NCBI GenBank assembly: GCA_017445365.1
Contig: JAFSUH010000175.1
Span: forward strand, 1 to 53,839
Length of the DNA stretch: 53,839 bases
Direction of reading: 5' to 3'
DNA from: Kiritimatiellia bacterium
GTDB taxonomy: Bacteria; Verrucomicrobiota; Kiritimatiellia; CAIQIC01; Lenti-01
Numbering within the stretch: the first letter of the stretch is position 1; every line of letters starts with the position of its first letter. Below are positions 24,261 through 32,688 of the stretch, one piece after another. The notes beneath the pieces are model-generated. The model was not told the DNA's origin. It saw only the letters and a list, made by a program, of their open reading frames with translations, and made no database searches. Position numbers and translations under genes: made by a program.

Positions 24261-24320
24261 TGATCAGATTACACGGAGAGAACGCGCCCGGAGGGGCGCG
24301 TCTGCTGATGAATCTGATCA
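24261..24320. promoter_or_regulatory. nested inverted repeat with two GATC sites upstream of the RM operon
   Basis: tgatcagat (24261-24269) and atctgatca (24312-24320) flank the GC hairpin gcgccc-ggag-gggcgc. Lies 90-150 nt upstream of the dam start. Confidence 0.3.
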
Positions 24321-24494
24321 AAGCCGCAGGCTTCAATCGGTACGACGGAAGGAAACGTGTGGTAGTATTTCCGAGGAGGCGTCGTTTAGCAGATCGCTAA
24401 AAGGTTGGATTGTTCAAGGCGGGATGCTGGGTGGGAACGGTTCTCCGTGGGGGTGGATTTCCTGCGCGGCGGATGCCGCGGAACGATGGAATCA

Positions 24495-24780
24495 CTTTGC
24501 CAAAAGCCCCCGCCCCCGGCAAGAATCCTTCCGTTGCCGGTTCCGGTTTTGCCAAACATTGGCAAATCCCAAAATGGTAAGGTGAGCCGTTCTCCAGTCC
24601 CGCTGGTTCCGCCCATCCCTTCCCAATCCTTGGGGGGTGCGGGGGTTTCCCCCGTCCGTTGTCATGCGCCGCGCATGCGCGGCGCCAAATCGAACCCCGC
24701 CAAAGGTGCCAACCCCCATTTTGCCAATGTTTGGAAAAAACGCCCTGAATTTGCCAAACATTGGCAACCCCTCCCCACCA
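24495..24780. repeat. array A6: TTTGCCAA-N3-TTGGCAAA units (3 good, 1 degenerate) plus a G5/C5 hairpin
   Basis: Units at 24547, 24729 and 24759 (30 bp apart). Degenerate unit at 24495. ggggggtgcgggggtttcccccgtccgttgtc at about 24633. Confidence 0.8.
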
Positions 24781-25810
24781 TTTCCCAGCCACTCCAAAAA
24801 CTGTCTTTTCAGTATCCGCGAAGCGGTTTCAATGTCCCACCCCTTTGCGGACCTCGCGCACTTTGCGCGAGCTTTTTCCCTTCCCCTCTCCCAAGCCCGA
24901 CAATCCTGCATTTCCTGTCGGAACCTTCTCTTTTCAATATCCGCTTTTATGGCCTTCATAGTCTCCGTTTCCCGCCCTTGTGTATTCTGCCTTGTGGATT
25001 GTCCATTGCCTTCCTGCTCCTGTCCGAAAGGCTTCTCCATTGAAAGCCCACGGACGCTTCAATGGTTTTCAATGTCTCCGTGACTCTCATTCTCCGTTTC
25101 CTCCGTGTTTGCAAACTGCATGATTGCGAAACCAATCAATCCCCGCCCCCTTTCCTCCCCAAATCCTTCGCATTCATTGTCCCCTCCTCTCTCCCCCCCC
25201 TCATTCCACCAATTTTCCTCTCCAACACACAAGGCACTATGTCACATAAATCTCTATATCGCTGTTTCTTCGCGTGGGCATTGTTTGCCATCCCTGCGAC
25301 ATCGTGGTCGAATCGCCCCAACGGAGGGAATGCCCCGTCTGCACGAAGGATGCGTTTGGAATCGATCTTCTCCAACTCGTCGGGGACGCAAGTTGCGCCC
25401 CGTAGAAATCACTTGACACGATTCCCGCGCCCTGATGTCCGCGCTTTCCTCCGGGACGACCTCGCATCCGGCCTGCCATCGGAAGTGTACGAGTCCCCCT
25501 CTCCGACTGTGTCTCCGTCCGCAACATCCGCTCTTTCCGATTTTGAGAACACCCCACAACGAGCCTCTGGCCTCGCTAGCGTTCCCCTCCCCTGCGCGAG
25601 TCTTCTTGCTCTTTTTCTCCGTTTTACCCTCCAATCCGCCCGTTTTCCGCCGGAAGGTGAAAAGCCGTTTTGGCAAGTATTCATGCGGTCGAAATGCAGA
25701 TTTTGCATCCAAAAGAACTCCGCCAGAATCGAAAAATGCAAAATGAGTCGTGTTCTTGCCCGTGAATTCCGCTTTTTTGAAACGGCTTTTCTCCCTCTTT
25801 TTCGCCTCTT

Positions 25811-25864
25811 GAAACAAAATATATTATTTTAAGATTTATGCGACAAAGTATTTTATAAAATCGT
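25811..25864. other. AT-rich island (10 G/C in 54 nt); candidate DNA-unwinding element or divergent promoter
   Basis: gaaacaaaatatattattttaagatttatgcgacaaagtattttataaaatcgt in an otherwise GC-rich genome. Lies at the point where the plus strand switches from C-rich to G-rich. Confidence 0.35.
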
Positions 25865-26193
25865 TACCCCTTCCCCACCCTTTCGAACGAATCGGTCAAG
25901 GTCGGTGACGGTCCGGGGCCGGGACGGAGAGTCGGGATGGGCGAAGCGGGATGGCGGGAATCTTCGGAGGATTCCAATCCGTCTTGCACGGAAGGAATCC
26001 TGGTCTCTGTTCCGTGAGAGTGATTCCCTTCCCTCCAAGGAACGAGGCTTGTGGGTATCGGTTGGACACAGGGAAGCAGGGCGAGCAAAAGAAAGAATGA
26101 CAGAAGGAGCGGGAAAACGCTTGAAGGAACGGGAGGGCTTCCCTACCCTCCCGTTGCGCGGATTGCGGAAGTTGCGCGAAAACAAGGATTTCC

Positions 26194-28185
26194 ATGACAA
26201 ATCTTTCCAAAACAGGGTTCGATATCGTCGTCGTCGGGGCCGGACATGCCGGTTGCGAGGCAGCCTTGGCAGCGGCGCGGATGGGTGCCGATACCGCCTT
26301 GATTTCCTTCTCGATCGAGGCGGCGGCGCGGATGAGCTGCAATCCCTCCATCGGAGGAATCGCCAAGTCCCACATGGTTTTCGAGTTGGATGCGCTGGGA
26401 GGGGAGATGGCCCGCAACACGGATGCGACCGGCCTCCAGTTCCGCGTGCTCAACACCCGGAAAGGCCCCGCCGTCCAGGCAAACCGCGCCCAATGCGACA
26501 AGGCCGCCTATGCCGCACGCATGGTGCATGTCCTCCGCGCAACGGCGAATCTGGCGCTTTTGGAAGACGATGTGACCGGCGTGCTTGTCGAAAACGACTG
26601 CATCACAGGCGTGAGGACTCTCCATCATGGCAATCTCTCCGCCAAGAAAGTAATCCTGACGGCGGGGACCTTTCTCAAAGGACGGATTTTCGTGGGAAAG
26701 GATTGCACGCCGGGCGGTCGCATCGGGGAAGATTCGGAAGAAACCTTGAGTGGACAGTTGAAGGACATCGGCTTTGAGGTGTCTCGCATGAAGACAGGAA
26801 CGCCCCCCCGCCTCAAGAAGGAATCCCTGCATTACGACAAGATGGTGCGGCAGGACGGTTTCAATCCGCCCCCGTTCTTCAGTTTCGAGGCGCGGGAAGC
26901 GGTCGATGCGCTTGTTCCACGTGGAACATTGAACGACGTATTTCCTGTCCCGCACGCCAGTAACGGAGATTCGACGCGCCTGGCGGAATCTCCTGTTCCA
27001 CGTGGAACATCGGAAAATGATTTCGCTCGCACGGCCCCGTTTTCCGGGATTTCTTTCGGTGTTTTGCCGTTTTCCCATTGGAAACCGGGGAGTGGTGAAA
27101 TGCCGTGTTTCCTGACGCACACAACGCCGAAAACGATGGAGATCATCCGCTCGCACCTCAAAGATTCCGCTCTTTACGGCGGTCTGATCGAGGTTGGAAG
27201 TCCGCGTTATTGTCCTTCCATCGAGGACAAGGTCGTCAAGTTCCCCGGGCGGGAAGAACACCACGTTTTCATCGAGCCGGAAGGGCGGGATGCCCCGCAA
27301 ATTTATCCGAACGGAACAAGCAACAGTCTTCCCTTGAATATCCAAGTGGAAATGATTCACAGCATCCCGGGTCTGGAGGATGCCGAGTTTTTCGCGCCGG
27401 GGTACGCCATCGAGTACGATTTCTTTCCTCCGACGCAGTTGCGACACTCCCTAGAAACAAAAAAAGTTGAAGGTCTGTATTTTGCTGGGCAGATCAACGG
27501 AACGACCGGATACGAGGAAGCCGCGGTGCAGGGATTCATGGCCGGCGTCAACGCCGCCCGTAGCATCGGGGGATTGCCACCGCTCGTCTTCGCCCGACAC
27601 GAGGCCTACATCGGAGTTTTGATTGACGACTTGGTGACCAAGGGGACCAATGAGCCATACCGGATGTTCACCTCCCGGGCGGAACACCGCCTGCTTCTCC
27701 GGCAGGACAACGCCATTTTCCGATTGCGGAATGCCGCCAAGGAAATCGGCATCGTGGACAAGGGCAAAATCGCGAAAATCCAAGAATTCTTGAGGGAAAT
27801 CGACGAAACGAAAAATCGTTTGCACCACACGAAATCCGGCGGGATAACGATTGCAAAACGCATACTTCAATCAAATACTGATTATGCGACTATGCGGGAA
27901 ATCGGGGCGCTTCCGTCTTTCGTGCGGCAGGAGGTGCTGTTTTCGTTGCGGTATGCCGGATACATCGAGCGGGAGGAGCGGAAAATCGCTTCTGCCCGGA
28001 ATCTGGAAGAAACCGCGATTCCCCAAACCTTCGATTTCATGTCTCTGGCGGCGTTGCGCTACGAGGCGCGGGAGAAGCTTTCGGCCATCCGCCCGGCGAC
28101 CTTGGGCCAGGCTTCCCGCATCTCGGGTGTCACCCCTGCCGACATCGCCATTCTCGCCGTCTGGCTCAAACGCGCCGGAACCTGA
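26194..28185 (+). CDS. mnmG: tRNA uridine 5-carboxymethylaminomethyl modification enzyme MnmG (GidA), with a lineage-specific insertion
   Basis: DIVVVGAGHAGCEAA, MSCNPSIGGIAKSH, KTGTPPR, GPRYCPSIEDK-type (SPRYCPSIEDK), GQINGTTGYEEAA, PYRMFTSRAEHRL, GQASRISGVTPADI. Confidence 0.95.
   Translation: MTNLSKTGFDIVVVGAGHAGCEAALAAARMGADTALISFSIEAAARMSCNPSIGGIAKSHMVFELDALGGEMARNTDATGLQFRVLNTRKGPAVQANRAQCDKAAYAARMVHVLRATANLALLEDDVTGVLVENDCITGVRTLHHGNLSAKKVILTAGTFLKGRIFVGKDCTPGGRIGEDSEETLSGQLKDIGFEVSRMKTGTPPRLKKESLHYDKMVRQDGFNPPPFFSFEAREAVDALVPRGTLNDVFPVPHASNGDSTRLAESPVPRGTSENDFARTAPFSGISFGVLPFSHWKPGSGEMPCFLTHTTPKTMEIIRSHLKDSALYGGLIEVGSPRYCPSIEDKVVKFPGREEHHVFIEPEGRDAPQIYPNGTSNSLPLNIQVEMIHSIPGLEDAEFFAPGYAIEYDFFPPTQLRHSLETKKVEGLYFAGQINGTTGYEEAAVQGFMAGVNAARSIGGLPPLVFARHEAYIGVLIDDLVTKGTNEPYRMFTSRAEHRLLLRQDNAIFRLRNAAKEIGIVDKGKIAKIQEFLREIDETKNRLHHTKSGGITIAKRILQSNTDYATMREIGALPSFVRQEVLFSLRYAGYIEREERKIASARNLEETAIPQTFDFMSLAALRYEAREKLSAIRPATLGQASRISGVTPADIAILAVWLKRAGT
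26913..26928. promoter_or_regulatory. parS: parS-type centromere site 1 (TGTTCCACGTGGAACA)
   Basis: Perfect 16-bp palindrome. 15/16 match to the chromosomal parS consensus TGTTNCACGTGAAACA. Confidence 0.7.
26994..27009. promoter_or_regulatory. parS: parS-type centromere site 2 (TGTTCCACGTGGAACA)
   Basis: Identical 16-mer 81 bp downstream of site 1. Confidence 0.7.
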
Positions 28186-28506
28186 ATTTTCAGATTTCGT
28201 TCCAAAGTCGCGAATTGCATGTTTTCCCCATCAATGGGGGAGGGGCCCCCAATGACGGTTCGATTCTTCGCTTTTCCTTTGCTGTTCGGCTAAATCCTTG
28301 TTAAAAGAAATCTACATTCTGTTTGATTTCCCCATGTCCTTTCTTCCCGATTCCCAATCTCTTCTATTACGTCATGCCCCGTTTTTCTGGCGTATGATGC
28401 GTTTTGTCTTCGCGAGAAACAGGAATTTGGGGTTGGGTGACGCCATGTCTGGGGAAACGATTTTACGGATATTTTCTTCCGCCATCAGCAACGAAGGCAG
28501 CATCCA

Positions 28507-29802
28507 ATGACTGATTTCCGTCAAGACCCCCGCTTTGCCGATCTCGCGCCTTTCCCGTCAAAACTTTGGCTGTCTTCCCCCACCATGCACGGGAAAGAAT
28601 TGCACTGGGTGGAAGAGGCCATCCGCACCAACTGGGTCACCACGCTCGGCGAAAACATCAACGAAGTCGAACGCGCCACCGCCTCCCTCGTCGGGCGCAA
28701 GTGTGCCGTCGGCCTTTCCGCCGGGACCGCCGCCCTCCACCTCGCCGTCAAACTCTGCGGCGAAGCCCTCTACGGCCAGCCCCGCGCCGGACACGGCACC
28801 CTCGAAGGCCATCGCGCCTTCTGCTCCGACCTCACGTTCGACGCAACCGTCAATCCTGTCTCCTACGAAGGGGGCGAAGCCGTCTTCGTCGATACTGAAC
28901 GCGACACCTGGAACATGGATCCTGCCGCCCTCGAAAAAGCTTTCGACCTTTATCCGGACGTGCGTCTCGTCGTTCTCGCCCATCTCTACGGAACGCCTGC
29001 CAGAATTGGCGAAATCCGCGCCATTTGCGACGCCCATCGCGCCTTGATCGTCGAAGACGCCGCCGAATCCTTCCTCGCTACCCACCAGGGCCGCCAGACC
29101 GGTACTTTCGGCGATGTCTCGATTTTTTCCTTCAATGGCAACAAGCTCGTCACCGGCAGTTCGGGCGGGATGCTCCTGACCGACAACCCCGAATGGGCGG
29201 ATAAAACCCGCAAGTGGTCCACCCAGTCGCGCGAAGCCGCCCCGTGGTATCAGCACGAGGAGCTCGGCTACAACTACCGGATGAGCAACATCGTCGCCGG
29301 CGTCGTCCGCGGGCAGCTTCCATACGCAGCCGAACACCGCGACCAAAAGAAGGCCATCTACGAGCGCTACAAGGCAGGCCTTGCCGACCTTCCCGTCTCT
29401 TTGAACCCGTTCCTCCCCGACGACGAGCCGAATTTCTGGCTCTCCTGCCTTTTGGTCGACACCGACGCGATGGCACCGCAAGTCCGCGGCGAACGCGACG
29501 CGCTCTACCGCCACGAGCCGGGCAAGTCATCGCCGACGGAAATCTTGGAAGCGCTCGCGGCTTTCAACGCCGAGGGCCGCCCCCTCTGGAAGCCGATGCA
29601 CCTGCAGCCGATCTACCGCATGAACCCGTTCGTGACGACAGCGGGCAGCGGCCGCGCCCGTTCCAACGCCTACATCTCCGGCGGCGCACCCGACGTCGGC
29701 GCCGACCTCTTCGCCCGCGGCCTGTGCCTGCCCTCCGACAACAAGATGACGCCCGATCAACAGGCCCTCATCATCGACATTGTCCACCGTTGTTTCCGAT
29801 GA
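28507..29802 (+). CDS. DegT/DnrJ/EryC1/StrS-family PLP aminotransferase (EpsN/PglE-like sugar aminotransferase)
   Basis: 431 aa. Contains FSFNGNKLVTGSSGGMLL (PLP-lysine region) and the N-terminal WVTTLGENINEVE pattern. Confidence 0.88.
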   Translation: MTDFRQDPRFADLAPFPSKLWLSSPTMHGKELHWVEEAIRTNWVTTLGENINEVERATASLVGRKCAVGLSAGTAALHLAVKLCGEALYGQPRAGHGTLEGHRAFCSDLTFDATVNPVSYEGGEAVFVDTERDTWNMDPAALEKAFDLYPDVRLVVLAHLYGTPARIGEIRAICDAHRALIVEDAAESFLATHQGRQTGTFGDVSIFSFNGNKLVTGSSGGMLLTDNPEWADKTRKWSTQSREAAPWYQHEELGYNYRMSNIVAGVVRGQLPYAAEHRDQKKAIYERYKAGLADLPVSLNPFLPDDEPNFWLSCLLVDTDAMAPQVRGERDALYRHEPGKSSPTEILEALAAFNAEGRPLWKPMHLQPIYRMNPFVTTAGSGRARSNAYISGGAPDVGADLFARGLCLPSDNKMTPDQQALIIDIVHRCFR

Positions 29803-30137
29803 CCCCGCCCCCGGCAAAACCATGCACCCCCGGCACCCCGGACGGCGAAGGCGTCCTCTCCTCAAAACGACAATGTCCCGATAAAAATCGAATCGTTGAT
29901 ATGTTGCGCCAACAACCCGGCCTCAACCGCAAACAACTGGCAGACATACTCTCGGTGGAGATCAAGACCGTTACCCGGGCTTTGGCGGAACTCACCCACA
30001 TGGTCGAACACCGTGGCAGAAGAAAACCTGCGGCTACCATCTCGTCTCTCCGCCCCACGAGTCTCCGTCCGCGTCGGATCCGACCGTGCCGGCCATTGGA
30101 AAGTCCTCGTTCCGCCGTTGCATGGGAACGGAAATAG
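29799..30137 (+). CDS. winged-helix (wHTH) protein, probably disrupted at its 3-prime end
   Basis: The ATG overlaps the aminotransferase stop (ATGA). HTH segment IVDMLRQQPGLNRKQLADILSVEIKTVTRALAEL. The conserved C-terminal VRVGSDRAGHWKVLVP is present but in another frame (ORF 29896..30144). Confidence 0.35.
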   Translation: MTPPPAKPCTPGTPDGEGVLSSKRQCPDKNRIVDMLRQQPGLNRKQLADILSVEIKTVTRALAELTHMVEHRGRRKPAATISSLRPTSLRPRRIRPCRPLESPRSAVAWERK

Positions 30138-30170
30138 TGTGTAATGTTCCCTCATCGCCAAGGAGTGAAC

Positions 30171-30461
30171 ATGCCGACCATTGAATCTATAGTGAAACCA
30201 CGCGGGAGCCGTATCAGCGTGGCCGTCCCGAAGGAGTACGCCTCGTATTCCTTCCAAGTCATACTTGTCCCCATCCGCCCCGAAGAACCTTCCGGGGCGA
30301 AACCCGCCCCGCGTTCCGCCCGGCAAATGCAATCCCTCGCCGATGCCCTTCTGTCCCTCCCCTCTCCGGGCGATGACTGGTCCCCCGACGCCTCCCGTGC
30401 CGACGACCCTCCATCGTTCTTCGAGCGCTCCGGCGGATTCTGTTCGGAGGCATTCGCTTGA
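30171..30461 (+). CDS. putative antitoxin of the VapC toxin
   Basis: AGGAG RBS 5 nt upstream. 96 aa. The stop overlaps the TTG start of the PIN gene. Family not recognised. Confidence 0.5.
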   Translation: MPTIESIVKPRGSRISVAVPKEYASYSFQVILVPIRPEEPSGAKPAPRSARQMQSLADALLSLPSPGDDWSPDASRADDPPSFFERSGGFCSEAFA

Positions 30462-30880
30462 AATACCTCATCGATACCTGTGTCGCTTCGGAATCCGCAA
30501 AACGCACGCCTTCCGGGGCCGTGACGCAATGGTTCGCCTCCGTCCCGGCTGCAGACGTATTCATTCCTTCCGTCGCCCTCGGCGAACTGTACAAGGGCAT
30601 CTCCCGGCTTGCGCCGGACGATCCCAGGCGTCCCCGGCTCGTTGACTGGCTGGAGAACCTCCGGAATGTATTCGCAGGCAGGATTGTCGCCTTCGACGAA
30701 CGTGCCGCCGTGACGTGGGGCCGCCTTTGCGGCGAAGCCGAACGCGCAGGACGCAAACGCCCATCCATCGACGCCCAGATCGCGGCCATCGCGCTGGCCA
30801 ACGGCATGACCCTCGTCACGCGCAACGTCGATGACATGGCGGGATTCGACGCCCCCATCTTCAACCCTTTCCCGCCCTGA
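30458..30880 (+). CDS. vapC: PIN-domain ribonuclease toxin VapC
   Basis: KYLIDTCV (first acidic residue), SIDAQIAAIALANGMTLVTRNVDDM (conserved D and TRN.D tail). Confidence 0.8.
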   Translation: MKYLIDTCVASESAKRTPSGAVTQWFASVPAADVFIPSVALGELYKGISRLAPDDPRRPRLVDWLENLRNVFAGRIVAFDERAAVTWGRLCGEAERAGRKRPSIDAQIAAIALANGMTLVTRNVDDMAGFDAPIFNPFPP

Positions 30881-30888
30881 CCGAAAGG

Positions 30889-31080
30889 TTGCCAGAAACA
30901 GCGGTCGCCATTCTTTCGGCCATGAACAAAACCCCAGCCATTACCATCGCCGAATTTTCCACAGCCTTGGACATCTCCTCCAGCGCCGTCGAAAAACACA
31001 TCTCCCGCTTCCGTTCGCGCGGCCTTCCCGTCCGCGTCGGCTCCGACCGTGCCGGCCATTGGAAAGTCCTCGTTCCATGA
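30889..31080 (+). CDS. small wHTH protein (intact copy)
   Basis: ITIAEFSTALDISSSAVEKHISRFRSRGLPVRVGSDRAGHWKVLVP. TTG start at 30889, or ATG at 30922. Confidence 0.45.
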   Translation: MPETAVAILSAMNKTPAITIAEFSTALDISSSAVEKHISRFRSRGLPVRVGSDRAGHWKVLVP

Positions 31081-31158
31081 GTTGCTTCTCCTTTTGTGAT
31101 TCTGGCTCTGCAAGGCATTTGCCGCGTTTGGACACTTGTCGAGCCAACGGGAATTTCA

Positions 31159-31247
31159 CCCGCGGGCTGTGCCTGCCTTCCGACAACAAGATGACGCCCT
31201 TCCAGCAAGATTTAGTCATCGACATCATCCACCGTTGCTTCCTATGA
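31159..31247 (+). pseudogene. duplicated, diverged 3-prime end of the aminotransferase gene
   Basis: Encodes RGLCLPSDNKMTPFQQDLVIDIIHRCFL*, versus RGLCLPSDNKMTPDQQALIIDIVHRCFR* for the true gene end (29713-29802). Confidence 0.7.
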
Positions 31248-31966
31248 CCATGGCTTCATCTCTTCCTGTCAACTCCGCCCCTCTCCGCATTCTCGTCGTC
31301 GCCGCCCATCCCGACGATGAGGTTCTCGGCATGGGGGGAACCATTGCCAAACTTGCAGCCAACGGGGCCGAAATCAAACTTCTCATTGTCACCGACGGAT
31401 CATCTTCCCAATACCGAGGCAATCCCGACCTTCCGGCCATCATCGAGGCGAAAAAAGAGGAAACGGCCCGTTGCGCCGCCATTCTCGGCATCCGGGAAAT
31501 TCTCCATGGGGGTCTCCCCGACATGCGTCTTGACATCACACCCCATGTCCAAATCAACCAGATTATCGAGTCGGCCGTCGAGTCGTTCCGCCCTTCCGTC
31601 GTTTTTACCCACTTTTCCGGCGACATCAACGCCGACCACCAGCGCGTCAGCCACTCCACGCTTGTCGCGTGCCGCCCAACCGCATCCCAATGCGTGAAAC
31701 GGCTCTATTTCTATTCCGTCCCTTCATCTACCGAATGGAACGCCCCCGCCGCAACCAACGCTTTTCTTCCCAACGTCTTTTTTGACATTTCCGGCCCCTG
31801 CGCCGACCTCAAGTACCGGGCCTTTGCCTGTTACGGAACCGAGCTCCGTCCCTATCCCCACCCGCGCAGCGTCCAATATCTCCAAAATGCCGACGCCGCC
31901 GTCGGCAACCGCGTCGGTCTCCCGTCCGCGGAAGCTTTCATGCTTGTCCGGTCCGTCAACCCATGA
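31244..31966 (+). CDS. PIG-L/LmbE-family N-deacetylase
   Basis: ILVVAAHPDDEVLGMGGTIAKL motif. The ATG overlaps the remnant stop (ATGA). Confidence 0.85.
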   Translation: MTMASSLPVNSAPLRILVVAAHPDDEVLGMGGTIAKLAANGAEIKLLIVTDGSSSQYRGNPDLPAIIEAKKEETARCAAILGIREILHGGLPDMRLDITPHVQINQIIESAVESFRPSVVFTHFSGDINADHQRVSHSTLVACRPTASQCVKRLYFYSVPSSTEWNAPAATNAFLPNVFFDISGPCADLKYRAFACYGTELRPYPHPRSVQYLQNADAAVGNRVGLPSAEAFMLVRSVNP

Positions 31967-32625
31967 CCCGCGCCTATCCAGTTTGCAAACGAGCGTTTGA
32001 CATCGTTGCGGCATCTTTGGCCACCGTCGTTTTCCTCATTCCGTGGCTTCTCATCGCTCTTGTCATCAAACTCCAATCCCCCGGACCGGTCATCTACAAG
32101 GCCACCCGCATCGGAAAGGACGGTCGGCCCTTCACTCTCCTCAAATTCCGCACCATGCGCGTCGACAGCGGTCGAATCCGCCTTACCACCCTTCGCAACG
32201 ACCCTCGCGTGTTTCCCTTCGGGGCCTTCCTGCGAAAAACCAAATTGGATGAGACTCCCCAACTTCTCAACATCCTTGCCGGGCACATGTCCGTGGTCGG
32301 GCCCCGTCCCGAAGACCAAATCAACTCCGGCAAGCTCTATGTAGGCCCCTTCGCCCGCATCCTTTCCGCCAAGCCGGGCCTTTCCAGTCCCGCCAGCCTT
32401 TACGATTACACCCACGGCGAAACCTACCCTTCCGAAGAACTCTACCTCCGCGACTTCGAGCCGAAAAAACTCGCCGTGGAACTCTATTACGTCGACCATC
32501 AATCCTTCCTCTACGACCTCCAAATCATTTTCCGCACCATCGCCACCATCACACTCATCGCCTTCGGCAAGCGTTCTTTCGATCCTCCCCGCGAGCTTGC
32601 CCTTGTGGAGGGGACAAATGCTTGA
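31963..32625 (+). CDS. small (PglC/WbaP C-terminal type) initiating sugar-phosphate transferase
   Basis: KRAFDIVAASLA..., one TM, KFRTM, DPRV..FGAFLRKTKLDETPQLLNILAGHMSVVGPRP. Confidence 0.9.
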   Translation: MTRAYPVCKRAFDIVAASLATVVFLIPWLLIALVIKLQSPGPVIYKATRIGKDGRPFTLLKFRTMRVDSGRIRLTTLRNDPRVFPFGAFLRKTKLDETPQLLNILAGHMSVVGPRPEDQINSGKLYVGPFARILSAKPGLSSPASLYDYTHGETYPSEELYLRDFEPKKLAVELYYVDHQSFLYDLQIIFRTIATITLIAFGKRSFDPPRELALVEGTNA

Positions 32626-32688
32626 ATTCTGGAATCGACATGGTGCAAGCCTCCTGCCCCCTGTCACTTGTTGAATCCCAATGGAATA

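Noticed and set aside
24492-25832. ORFs 24492..25040 (-), 25062..25832 (+), 25254..25817 (-) and 25896..26501 (-) as genes in the large gap before mnmG
   Set aside because: They have no RBS or motif support. The compositions are biased and low-complexity (R/K/G-rich or P/S-rich), driven by the extreme strand skew. Some run through repeat units. A short real ORF cannot be excluded.
24800-26190. Consensus DnaA boxes (TTATCCACA) in the candidate origin
   Set aside because: No site with 0-1 mismatch was found by eye. The best candidates have 2-3 mismatches, so I do not annotate DnaA boxes. A computational scan is needed.
26913-27075. The 81-bp spacing of the two parS palindromes as a tandem 81-bp duplication
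   Set aside because: Apart from the 16-17 bp palindrome, the two 81-bp segments share no obvious similarity.
28298-28510. ORF 28298..28510 (+) upstream of the aminotransferase
   Set aside because: It lies in an AT-richer promoter-like spacer, has no RBS, has an odd composition and overlaps the start of the next gene. It is probably non-coding.
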